Part shown: piece after piece, positions 1 through 8,145 of the stretch | Layout: every line of letters begins with the position of its first letter | Position numbering within the stretch: position 1 is the stretch's first letter | Assembly: GCA_910579535.1 (NCBI GenBank) | Contig: CAJTUR010000022.1 | Span: forward strand, 1 to 25,967 | Length of the DNA stretch: 25,967 bases | Source of the DNA: an uncultured Bacilli bacterium | Lineage (GTDB): Bacteria; Bacillota_I; Bacilli_A; RF39; UBA660 | Direction of reading: 5' to 3' | Notes under the pieces: generated by a model | The model's database searches: none | What the model was told of the DNA's origin: nothing | The model's input: the letters and a program-made list of their open reading frames with translations, nothing else | Program-made: the position numbers and the translations under genes

Positions 1-45
1 TACCTTATTTGTAATTCAATTATATATCACTTACCATTTTTTATC

Positions 46-74
46 AAATAAAAAAGATAAACACAAGTTTATCT
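46..74 (-). terminator. Possible rho-independent terminator of the rhomboid gene
   Basis: Inverted repeat AGATAAAC-ACAA-GTTTATCT (55-74) overlaps the TAA stop. On the minus strand it is followed by TTTTTATTTGAT. The stem is AT-rich and weak. Confidence 0.35.
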
Positions 75-1208
75 AAATAAAATAAAAAACAAAAACAAAA
101 TATAAATAAAAGTTACAATCCATCCATTCATTTGCTCTTTTTGAGAAGATTTGCCTTTAATACCTAATGCCATAGTAATAAAATAACCACCAATGAGTCC
201 TCCAATGTGCGCCGCATTATCAATTCCTGAAAAAGTAAATCCAAAAAATAAATTTAGTAAAATAACTGGAATAATTTGCGTTCTCATCGAATTACCCAAA
301 TAAACACGAAAATGATAACCAAAATAAAGCAAACTTCCAAGTAAACCAAAAATAGCACCACTCGCTCCAACAGATAATGAAGTCTGACAAACACAAGACA
401 TTAAACTACCAGTAATTGCACTAATTAAATAAACACTTAAATACTTTCCTCTTCCTAAAAAAGTCTCCAGTTGAGTTCCTATAACATATAAAGAATACAT
501 ATTAACTAACAAATGAATCAATCCGCCATGTAAAAAAGTTCCAGTTACAAGTCGCCATACCTCGCCATTTTTAATAGCAAATGAAGAAACAGCTCCTAAA
601 TCATAAAGTGTCTCTCCATCCATAGCACCATGACTAAAAATATATGAAAGCATAAAAAGAACAGTACTAATCGCCATTAACACAGGTGTAACAACTATTT
701 TCTTAGGTTTAAACGTAGACTCATAAATCTTATTATTTTTTTGAGTTTTAGCGTTAATCCCTTCTGTAACATTTAAAATCAAATCAATACCTTGAGTATC
801 TTTTAACAATTTTGTTTCAATACCAGGAAAAAATTTTTTAATTTTTTTGGTCTCATTGTCACTAACATCCTTTAAGAAAATAGATTTAATATATTTATCA
901 TCAGACAACTTCACATCATCATTAACATCTAAAAAAATATTAAGAGTAGTCATTGAAAACGATAAAGTTTTTTTCTTAATTTGATGAACTACATTTTTAA
1001 TTTTATACATATCAGTCATAAACTGTTCATCATTATAAATATAATTCGAATTAATACGTACAATTTTATATTTGGCATCACTATTTTCAAGCCACACCTC
1101 ATCTTTTACTCCATTTACAATAATAGGTGTATAGTTTTCTTCAGTTATAAAATAATGCACTAAACGCATAACGATTTCATCTTTCTTAGTAATTGTAATT
1201 GTATTCAT
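69..1208 (-). CDS. Rhomboid-family intramembrane serine protease with a ~170-aa N-terminal cytoplasmic domain (GluP/YqgP-like)
   Basis: 379-aa ORF. The C-terminal half carries rhomboid signatures: WRLVTGTFLHGGLIHLLVNM (WR and HxxxN), GASGAIFGLLG (GxSG catalytic Ser) and AAHIGGLIGG (catalytic His). It also has multiple hydrophobic helices. Confidence 0.85.
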   Translation of the reverse strand: MNTITITKKDEIVMRLVHYFITEENYTPIIVNGVKDEVWLENSDAKYKIVRINSNYIYNDEQFMTDMYKIKNVVHQIKKKTLSFSMTTLNIFLDVNDDVKLSDDKYIKSIFLKDVSDNETKKIKKFFPGIETKLLKDTQGIDLILNVTEGINAKTQKNNKIYESTFKPKKIVVTPVLMAISTVLFMLSYIFSHGAMDGETLYDLGAVSSFAIKNGEVWRLVTGTFLHGGLIHLLVNMYSLYVIGTQLETFLGRGKYLSVYLISAITGSLMSCVCQTSLSVGASGAIFGLLGSLLYFGYHFRVYLGNSMRTQIIPVILLNLFFGFTFSGIDNAAHIGGLIGGYFITMALGIKGKSSQKEQMNGWIVTFIYILFLFFILFR

Positions 1209-1268
1209 TACGTCCTCCTTGTAATAATATTTTAGTATAAAACATATATTTAGTAAAGAGGTGAGCCT

Positions 1269-1601
1269 ATGCTTATACTTATCTTTACTTTATTTTTTTT
1301 ATCAAGCCATATTTTACTCTTTTTTCCATTTAAAAAAATTATTTTATCCAATAAAATAGACAACGATTTATTATTTATTTATTTAAGTAATCTTATTCTT
1401 TTACTAAGTCTTATCTATTTTTACCTTTTTGCTAAAAACATCATGTTTTCTTTTTACCTATCTTTTTTTCTGATGACTTTTTCTTATCTACTCATCTACC
1501 ACATAAAAAATATTTTAGGTAAATATCAAATTTATAGTCTTCCCTATTTTTTCTGTTGTGTTTACATTTTTTCAAAAATTTTAATCCTTTTTTTATTTTA
1601 A
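1269..1601 (+). CDS. Small, very hydrophobic membrane protein of unknown function (3-4 predicted TM helices)
   Basis: 110-aa ORF with an ATG preceded by a strong SD (AAAGAGGTGA, 5-nt spacing). The composition could partly be an AT-rich artefact. The 3' end overlaps the convergent rluD end by 9 nt. Confidence 0.45.
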   Translation: MLILIFTLFFLSSHILLFFPFKKIILSNKIDNDLLFIYLSNLILLLSLIYFYLFAKNIMFSFYLSFFLMTFSYLLIYHIKNILGKYQIYSLPYFFCCVYIFSKILILFLF

Positions 1602-2480
1602 TTGATTAAGATACGTTTGAAAATAATCTGGAAGAGGCACTTCAAAATGCATTTTTTCTTGAGTAATAGGATGCACAAAATCAATATTTTTGGAATGAAG
1701 AAACTGTCCATATTCTTTTAAAACTTGATGTCCATAGACAGGATCATTAAAAACAGGATAACCAATATAATGCATATGAACTCTTATTTGATGCGTTCGC
1801 CCAGTTTCCAAATTTAAAGAAACCAATGTATTCTTTTCATAACGTTGAAGTACTTTTAAATACGTAATAGCTGGTTTAGAATGTTTACTCGTCACAGCCA
1901 TTTTTTTTCGCTCTTGTTCATCTCTTCCAATAGGTGCATCAATCTTAGCTTGAGCATGAGGAAATACACCGTTTAAAAGAGCAACATATTCTCTTTTTAT
2001 TTCATGTCTTGAAAAACAATCACTCAGTATTTGATGAGCTTGATTGGTTTTTGCAACCAACATCACTCCAGAAGTATCTTTATCTAGACGATGTACTATA
2101 CCTGGCCTTGCCTCTCCATTTAAATCACTTAAAGAATTCGTATAATACAAAAGGCCATTTGCTAACGTATTAGACGTATTACCATTTCCTGGATGAACCA
2201 CTAACCCGCTTGGTTTATTGATAACCATAAGGTGTTCATCTTCATAAAGAATGTCTAAATCCATTGAAACAGGCTCTAGTTGACTTTCTTCTTTTAGTTC
2301 TTGTACAATCTCTATTACATCATTTAATTTCACTTTATAACTTGGTTTAACAACTTGATTACAAACCAATATAAAACCTAAATCAATCATTTTATTAATG
2401 ATACTTCTTGAATAAGAAACCTCATCAACTAAAAAACGATCAATTCGTTCTCCTTCACGATTCTTTACTACCATTTTCAC
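1593..2480 (-). CDS. rluD: RluA/RluD-family 23S rRNA pseudouridine synthase with N-terminal S4 domain
   Basis: 295 aa with catalytic motif HRLDKDTSG. An S4-like N-terminus (RIDRFL...) is present, and the lspA-rluD gene order is conserved. Confidence 0.9.
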   Translation of the reverse strand: MKMVVKNREGERIDRFLVDEVSYSRSIINKMIDLGFILVCNQVVKPSYKVKLNDVIEIVQELKEESQLEPVSMDLDILYEDEHLMVINKPSGLVVHPGNGNTSNTLANGLLYYTNSLSDLNGEARPGIVHRLDKDTSGVMLVAKTNQAHQILSDCFSRHEIKREYVALLNGVFPHAQAKIDAPIGRDEQERKKMAVTSKHSKPAITYLKVLQRYEKNTLVSLNLETGRTHQIRVHMHYIGYPVFNDPVYGHQVLKEYGQFLHSKNIDFVHPITQEKMHFEVPLPDYFQTYLNQLK

Positions 2481-2928
2481 GTTTATCTTCTCCTTTAAAA
2501 ATAGCTATAATAAGTAAAAATACCCCTATAACAATAAAAACATCAGCCAAATTAAAAACTGGATAATCATAATGGAACAATTTAAAAGATAAAAAATCTC
2601 GAACATACCCAATAAACAATCGATCAATTAAATTCCCACAAATACCACCAAATAATAAACCAAAAGCAATGTTATTGCGCGTATTTAATTTAAAACTATA
2701 TAAATAACGAAATAAAATAAACAAAGCAATAAAACTAACAAAAATTAAAAACTCAACCCGATAATTAAAAATACTCCATGCTGCTCCATAATTTTCCAAG
2801 TAATGCAAAGAAAAAAAATGAGGAATAATAACCAAACTCTCAAAATTTAAAAAGACACTCATAATTATTTTAGAAATTTGGTCTAAAAACAAAGAAATAA
2901 CAGCTACAATAAATATTTTTCTATTCAT
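2455..2928 (-). CDS. lspA: Lipoprotein signal peptidase (signal peptidase II)
   Basis: 157 aa with 4 TM helices. Motifs NYGAAWS and FNLADVFI contain the two catalytic Asp boxes. The gene overlaps the rluD start. Confidence 0.9.
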   Translation of the reverse strand: MNRKIFIVAVISLFLDQISKIIMSVFLNFESLVIIPHFFSLHYLENYGAAWSIFNYRVEFLIFVSFIALFILFRYLYSFKLNTRNNIAFGLLFGGICGNLIDRLFIGYVRDFLSFKLFHYDYPVFNLADVFIVIGVFLLIIAIFKGEDKRENGSKES

Positions 2929-2963
2929 ATAAAAAAGCTCCCTAAACCATTATACTCGATTCC

Positions 2964-3185
2964 TTAGATTTCAACAAGTATCACATCTTCTCCAATTTTT
3001 TTAATTTGCTTCATACTCACATTTAACTCCTCTTTAGCACTAAAAAAGCGAAAAAATCTTTTAGGTTCTACGACAAAATACTTAATCACCCCTTCAGGTT
3101 CAAGTTCAATATCTGTTATTCTTCCAAGTCTTCTTCCATCAAATAAGCTGATTACATCTTTCATTTGCAAATCAGAAACACGCAT
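2964..3185 (-). CDS. YlmC/YmxH-family sporulation protein (PRC-barrel)
   Basis: MRVSDLQMKDVISLFDGRRLGRITDIELEPEG... matches the YlmC/YmxH N-terminal pattern. I prefer the ATG at 3185, which has SD AAAGGTGG at 5 nt, over the GTG at 3194 in the ORF track. Confidence 0.85.
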   Translation of the reverse strand: MRVSDLQMKDVISLFDGRRLGRITDIELEPEGVIKYFVVEPKRFFRFFSAKEELNVSMKQIKKIGEDVILVEI

Positions 3186-3267
3186 AAAAACCACCTTTTT
3201 AAATCTTATGTAAAAAGATAAAAAATATTAAAAAAAGACATTTTCTATGCCTTTACTATATCTTTCA

Positions 3268-4632
3268 TTAATTCACTTTCCAAGGACTTTCACTTGTTCC
3301 ATCTCCACTAGCTTGAATTCCTGATTTTAAAGTAATGATTGGGCGAAGATATTTTGCTTCATCATCCTCAAAATATCTATTATTATAAAAATATAAATAA
3401 GATGCTGATACCATATCATAAGAATTTACACCACGCACACAAAACTGCCAATTACTATTAACAATGTAAAAAAAAGTACGACTAGCCAACCAATATTGTG
3501 ATAACGTAGTTGGGGCATTTACTTGATAAGCTTTTAAATTACCACAAGCCGCTCTTACTAAATCTGTATCATTTTCATAAAGCATATCACCACCACCTTG
3601 AGCTTCTCTTTCACTTCCTTTAGGACTGTTTTCAGCCGTTGTATTTTCTGTCCAAGGAGCCGATGTTATATTTAACATTGTTTCATCTATAATATTCTCT
3701 GTTTGTCCATCATATCCTATATACCTTGAACCACTAGTTATACCACTGGTTTCATAACTTTGAGCTACTTTATTTAATGTTCCTATATAATTTTTATAAC
3801 CCTCTTTTCCTTTGAAATATACTTCTGTACTAGATACATACTCAGAAACTAAATCAATACTTCCATCATCATTTTTTCGAATGACTCTCCATAAGTTAAG
3901 TTCACTTGGATTAATCGTTTGATTCGAAGTATAACCAGTTAAATTACTTGCTATTTCATAACTTGTCTTTTCTGGTGTGTAACTCACATAATCACCAATA
4001 TTAGCTACTTCACTCATATTACCTGGAAGTGGCTCAGTTCTTAAAGTTGCCCCAACAGTCACTTTACTAATAAAAGATTTATTCATAACGTCATCTTCTA
4101 AAGTAACATCTTTACTCATCCAAAGCTTAATACGATAACTTTTACTCTTCTTAGCTCCTAAACTTCCATTTATAAATTCATATTTTTCAGAGACAGTATA
4201 ATTATCATTATATATATTTTTATAATAGCTCTCACTTGCTACTGAATAAGTAGTTAATTTTTGATACGCTTGATCATCAACTTGTAACTCTATAAATGAA
4301 CTATTTAATCGATTAGCAACATTCATAACTTCTAAATTCACTTTATAATTGACATTTGTATTACAGATATTTTCAATCGTAAATGTATAAGGCTCTAATA
4401 AATTGGCTTCTTCATCAGTTAACGGGTAAGCGTTATCTAAACGGATCGCTTCACTTTCACTTGTCAAATTAAGCTTTAAACAATCACTTGTAATTTTATT
4501 AACACTTTTTTGAGAAACATTGGTTGCCCAATAAGCATAACTCACCCCAATAACCATCGCTAATAATCCCAACAAACTAACACCCAATATGATTCTTTTT
4601 TCCATACTCATTTTATTTTTTGACTCTTGCAT
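3268..4632 (-). CDS. Secreted or membrane-anchored protein of unknown function, with an N-terminal signal resembling the TasA/CalY (SipW-cognate) class
   Basis: 454 aa with SD AAGGAG 7 nt before the ATG. The N-terminus is basic, then hydrophobic (IILGVSLLGLLAMVIGV), then SYAYWATNVS. The rest is hydrophilic and N/S/T/Y-rich. The C-terminus (YWLASR...RPIITLKS...GDGTSESPWKV) resembles C-terminal domains of uncharacterised Firmicute surface proteins. Confidence 0.75.
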   Translation of the reverse strand: MQESKNKMSMEKRIILGVSLLGLLAMVIGVSYAYWATNVSQKSVNKITSDCLKLNLTSESEAIRLDNAYPLTDEEANLLEPYTFTIENICNTNVNYKVNLEVMNVANRLNSSFIELQVDDQAYQKLTTYSVASESYYKNIYNDNYTVSEKYEFINGSLGAKKSKSYRIKLWMSKDVTLEDDVMNKSFISKVTVGATLRTEPLPGNMSEVANIGDYVSYTPEKTSYEIASNLTGYTSNQTINPSELNLWRVIRKNDDGSIDLVSEYVSSTEVYFKGKEGYKNYIGTLNKVAQSYETSGITSGSRYIGYDGQTENIIDETMLNITSAPWTENTTAENSPKGSEREAQGGGDMLYENDTDLVRAACGNLKAYQVNAPTTLSQYWLASRTFFYIVNSNWQFCVRGVNSYDMVSASYLYFYNNRYFEDDEAKYLRPIITLKSGIQASGDGTSESPWKVN

Positions 4633-4714
4633 ACCTATACTCCTTACTCTCTTAGTATTTCCCTATCTTTTCTCTTTATTCTTATTTACAGGAGATTACC
4701 CTATTAATAATTAA

Positions 4715-4743
4715 ATTATAACAAACTAAATTATTTTTATCAA
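4715..4743 (-). promoter_or_regulatory. Near-consensus sigma-A promoter for the 454-aa secreted protein
   Basis: The minus strand reads TTGATA-17 nt-TATAAT with TGT immediately upstream of the -10 (extended -10). The predicted leader is about 76 nt. Confidence 0.6.
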
Positions 4744-4780
4744 TACAAACTAATATCAAAATAGTTTCAAAATAAAACGA

Positions 4781-4811
4781 AATAAAAAAATGTAATAAAT
4801 TTTTATTACAT
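4781..4811 (-). terminator. Rho-independent terminator after dut
   Basis: Inverted repeat ATGTAATAAA / TTTATTACAT (4790-4811) is followed on the minus strand by TTTTTTTATT. It lies 12 nt after the dut stop. Confidence 0.5.
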
Positions 4812-4822
4812 TTCTAATAAAA

Positions 4823-5293
4823 TTACTTATCAGTAGTTCCAAATCCGCCTTTACGTACACCCTCAGCATGATCTTCATCGACAACTAAAAATTTTTGAAA
4901 AATAACTTGACCTATCACATCCCCTTTTTTTATTTCCAAATCATGATCTAAAATATTATAGTATTGAAAATAAAAATGCCCATCATTCGTTTCGTTTCCA
5001 TAATAATCTGCATCAATGATACCGATACTATTACTCATAACCAATCCTTTTTTAGGTCCACTACTTCGGTTCACTAAAATATAGTATTCATCATCCCCAC
5101 AATAAGCCTTTAAACCGGTTGGTATAAGCGTTGGTTTTCCTCCTAGTTGAAATGGCGGAATAACAATATCTTCTGCGGCCTCTACATCGTATCCAGCACT
5201 GTTTTTAGTCTTTCTAACTGGTAAATTTATCTCTTTATCTTCCCATCCTTTAGCAATTTCAAATCCTCGTTGTCTTAACATCGACAAGCACAT
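4823..5293 (-). CDS. dut: dUTP diphosphatase (trimeric dUTPase)
   Basis: Motifs SAGYDV, NSIGIIDADY and the C-terminal RKGGFGTTDK (motif V). The true start may be the ATG at 5281 (MLRQRGFE...), which overlaps the nrdG stop as ATGTTAA. Confidence 0.9.
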   Translation of the reverse strand: MCLSMLRQRGFEIAKGWEDKEINLPVRKTKNSAGYDVEAAEDIVIPPFQLGGKPTLIPTGLKAYCGDDEYYILVNRSSGPKKGLVMSNSIGIIDADYYGNETNDGHFYFQYYNILDHDLEIKKGDVIGQVIFQKFLVVDEDHAEGVRKGGFGTTDK

Positions 5294-5850
5294 CCTTCCA
5301 TAGTTACCTCTCCATTATTTTTTATTAAATCTTTATTATCAATATATAAAACTATTTCTCCCTTTTCTAAACTCTTTTTCACATCAATAATTCTTTGATT
5401 GCTACTTCCAACATATCGTACTTTTTCACTTGCTAATTTCAAAACAAATCTTCCTTCAAGTAAAACATCAATATTATTTAAAATATCTTTTAAATATTCA
5501 TCTGTTTCCATTTGCTCCATTAACTCTTCCCACGTATAACCTGTGTACGACCAAATAGTTTTAGTAGGATACAATTTTTTCACATTGGTGACTAAATCAC
5601 GAATCGTTTTTCTAGACTTTGGAAACAAGGGGTCGCCTCCTGATAAAGTAAGACCACTACACCAGTCTTTTTCAAGTTCTTGATATATTTCGTTGATAGC
5701 CTCATCATCAAAAGGAAGACCATCATTTTCATCCCAAGTTAACGCATTTTGACACGCTGGACAGTGATGCAAACACCCGCTAGTCCATAAAACTACACGT
5801 AGCCCTTCACCATTTAGCATATCCGCTTTTGTTATATTATGATACCTCAT
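5275..5850 (-). CDS. nrdG: Anaerobic ribonucleoside-triphosphate reductase activating protein (radical SAM)
   Basis: 191 aa with radical-SAM cluster motif GCLHHCPACQN (CxxxCxxC). It sits directly downstream of nrdD. The C-terminal tail ends EGCACRC. Confidence 0.9.
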   Translation of the reverse strand: MRYHNITKADMLNGEGLRVVLWTSGCLHHCPACQNALTWDENDGLPFDDEAINEIYQELEKDWCSGLTLSGGDPLFPKSRKTIRDLVTNVKKLYPTKTIWSYTGYTWEELMEQMETDEYLKDILNNIDVLLEGRFVLKLASEKVRYVGSSNQRIIDVKKSLEKGEIVLYIDNKDLIKNNGEVTMEGCACRC

Positions 5851-5858
5851 ATTGCCTC

Positions 5859-8015
5859 CTACATACTTTTTCTTTCTGATATTTCAATCATTTTAGCCTT
5901 GTTAAGTCTTGTATCGCCATGAACACGCGAATAAGACAAATACCCATTCATTCGATCAATTTTTGTTAAATCAGAACTTCCACACTTTGGACAGGTATCC
6001 ATATCAAGCTCTTCATGTCCACAATTATTACAATAAGATAAAGATAAGTTTACTCCTTCGTAGAAACCTTTTTCCATCGCTCTTTCAACATAAGTAATCA
6101 TAGCCTCTTTATTATAATTTAAATTATACCTGACATACTGAATCCTTCCTCCACGGAACAAATCCCAAAATCTTCCTTCTAAATCTTGTTTTTCAATACC
6201 TGTAATCTCTTCCCATACACCACAGTGGAAACTATTACTCACATATTCTCTTGAAGAAACACCTTCAATCACACCATATTTTTTTCTAAATTGCTCTACT
6301 TGCAAACCACATAAATTTTCCGCTGGCGTTCCATATATAGCATAAAGAATTTTATCTTCTTTTTTATATTCATTAATTTTACAATTAATGTATTTCATAA
6401 CTTCAATTGCAAAATCTCCATCCTCTACTAAAGATTTTCCATTATAAAGCATTTGTAATTCATTCAAAGCCGTTATTCCAAAAGAAGCCGTCGAAGCTTT
6501 TAAAAGAGGTTCAATACAATCTCCTGGTTTTAAGTTTCCTCCATAGAAACCTCCTTCACAATAAGCAAGAGGATTCGTACTGGCTTTTTTCTTACCTAAA
6601 TAATTATAAGTGCGAATATGGATTTTACGAATCATTTCTAAATAATAATCCAAAACTTCATAAAAATCTTTTTGTTCTTCACGAGCTTTTGCTAAAATCA
6701 TCGGTAAATGTAAAGATACCGCTCCAATATTAAATCGTCCAATAAAAACAGGTTTATCGTCTTTATCCGCGGGTTCCATTCCCCCTCTTTCAAAGTAAGG
6801 ACTTAAGAAAGCACGACACCCCATAGGACTAATCGCACGGCCATACTTTTTATACATATCTGGAACATAGCCTTCACCAGTTAATGAAAGATAATCAGGA
6901 TACATCGTTTTAGCACTACAATCAATGGCTTCTAAAAAATTCTCTCGCAAGCTTTTTCCTTCTCCGTGTAAATTTTTATCATAGAAAAAAACCAATTTAG
7001 GAAACAAAGTCGGTTTCTTGTGCCCTTCTTTTCCTTGACCTTTTTTATGTGTTTTAAGAATAATTTTAGCAATCATTTTTCCAAAACGAGAAGTATCAAT
7101 ACCAAAAGTAAACGTTACAAATGGATAATCTCCCCGCGAAGAACCAACACTATTCAATTTATATTCAATACCTTGATACCCTTGTTCACATTCTCTTTCT
7201 ACCTTTTTAAGAGCATACGCATTAGCCCCTTCACTATCGGCATCCTCACCCTTAATCTCTAAATATTCTTGATAATATTTCTTATAACTTTTCTCCGCAT
7301 AAGGCGCTAAAATCGTGTCTACTTCGGGAACGGTAAACCCACCATATTGCATTGCTGCAGTATTAATAATGACGTCTCCCATAACATCAAACGCTGTATC
7401 CAGTGTCTTTGGTTCGTTATACCATAAATTACCCATTTCGAATCCCCCATGCATAACATTACCAACATCACACAAACAGCAATTCATCGTATCTCTTCTT
7501 GCACTCATATCATGAACATAGATATACCCATCTTCACAAGCTTCAACTTCACTCGTTGTTAAGAAGAATTTCTTATACAGTTCTTTATTTAAAGACCCAT
7601 ACACCAAACTTCTTTGAGTAGAAACTAAAGCACTATCAGTATTGGAATTTTCTTTATCGCCAATATAATTAATGGCTTGAGCCTTTTTATAAACTTTATC
7701 TAAAATATGAACAAATTCCTTTTTATAATTACGATACTCACGATAACTTTTTGCAACCAAAGGATTCACTTTTTCTAAAGCCGCCTCAACACAATTATGG
7801 ATTTGTTGAACCTCAGGATTCGTTGTTTGAGTTTCTAGAAACTCTAAAACAATCGAAACAACTTCTTCTTCCGCTTGTGGTGTTAACTCTACCATCACTC
7901 TTTCAGCACTTTTTCGGATTGCCACTTTTATTTTCTCCGCATCAAAATCCTGTTGATTACCATTTCTTTTAATAATTTTAATCTTTTTTGCCAAATCTTT
8001 TTCTTTCTTATTCAT
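5859..8015 (-). CDS. nrdD: Anaerobic (class III) ribonucleoside-triphosphate reductase
   Basis: 718 aa with an N-terminal ATP-cone (IKIIKRNGNQQDFDAEKIKVAI). The C-terminal Zn ribbon is CNNCGHE...CPKCGS, followed by glycyl-radical motif RMNGYLSY. Confidence 0.95.
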   Translation of the reverse strand: MNKKEKDLAKKIKIIKRNGNQQDFDAEKIKVAIRKSAERVMVELTPQAEEEVVSIVLEFLETQTTNPEVQQIHNCVEAALEKVNPLVAKSYREYRNYKKEFVHILDKVYKKAQAINYIGDKENSNTDSALVSTQRSLVYGSLNKELYKKFFLTTSEVEACEDGYIYVHDMSARRDTMNCCLCDVGNVMHGGFEMGNLWYNEPKTLDTAFDVMGDVIINTAAMQYGGFTVPEVDTILAPYAEKSYKKYYQEYLEIKGEDADSEGANAYALKKVERECEQGYQGIEYKLNSVGSSRGDYPFVTFTFGIDTSRFGKMIAKIILKTHKKGQGKEGHKKPTLFPKLVFFYDKNLHGEGKSLRENFLEAIDCSAKTMYPDYLSLTGEGYVPDMYKKYGRAISPMGCRAFLSPYFERGGMEPADKDDKPVFIGRFNIGAVSLHLPMILAKAREEQKDFYEVLDYYLEMIRKIHIRTYNYLGKKKASTNPLAYCEGGFYGGNLKPGDCIEPLLKASTASFGITALNELQMLYNGKSLVEDGDFAIEVMKYINCKINEYKKEDKILYAIYGTPAENLCGLQVEQFRKKYGVIEGVSSREYVSNSFHCGVWEEITGIEKQDLEGRFWDLFRGGRIQYVRYNLNYNKEAMITYVERAMEKGFYEGVNLSLSYCNNCGHEELDMDTCPKCGSSDLTKIDRMNGYLSYSRVHGDTRLNKAKMIEISERKSM

Positions 8016-8048
8016 TGAACTCTCCCACTTCTATTTTCTATTTAGTTC

Positions 8049-8057
8049 ATTTTAGCA
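8049..8057 (-). promoter_or_regulatory. Extended -10 element (TGCTAAAAT) of the nrdDG promoter
   Basis: The minus strand reads TGCTAAAAT with no good -35 at 17 nt, which is typical of activator-dependent promoters. SD GGGAGAG lies before the nrdD ATG. Confidence 0.5.
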
Positions 8058-8072
8058 CTCTTTTTCTAATAT

Positions 8073-8094
8073 TTTTGTTGCAATTGCAACAAAA
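8073..8094. promoter_or_regulatory. Perfect 22-bp palindrome TTTTGTTGCAATTGCAACAAAA; candidate Crp/Fnr-family (or Rex-like) operator shared by the divergent nrdDG and crp/fnr promoters
   Basis: It is self-complementary over all 22 nt with its centre between 8083 and 8084. That centre lies about 41.5 nt upstream of the start site predicted from the nrdD -10. The core is TGTTG-N6-CAACA, or TTGTTGC-N4-GCAACAA. Confidence 0.55.
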
Positions 8095-8103
8095 GAAAGT
8101 TTT

Positions 8104-8112
8104 TGTTAAAAT
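8104..8112 (+). promoter_or_regulatory. Extended -10 element (TGTTAAAAT) for the Crp/Fnr-family regulator gene
   Basis: The plus strand reads TGTTAAAAT at 8104-8112. The palindrome centre would be at about -35.5 of this promoter. Confidence 0.4.
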
Positions 8113-8145
8113 AATTTTAGAACAAATTTGAAAGGGCTTGAAACT

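Noticed and set aside
981-1163. 60-aa plus-strand ORF
   Set aside because: It is antisense within the rhomboid protease gene. Its I/N/F-rich translation has no start context.
5909-7972. Five plus-strand ORFs of 62-108 aa (5909-6097, 6407-6733, 7020-7262, 7315-7515, 7751-7972)
   Set aside because: All lie antisense inside the well-supported nrdD CDS. They have low-complexity F/L/N/K-rich translations and no SD. They are shadow ORFs typical of AT-rich DNA.
8052-8060. Exact CIRCE half-site TTAGCACTC upstream of nrdD
   Set aside because: No inverted partner (GAGTGCTAA) lies 9 nt away on either side. The match is explained by overlap with the nrdD extended -10 (TGCTAAAAT on the other strand).
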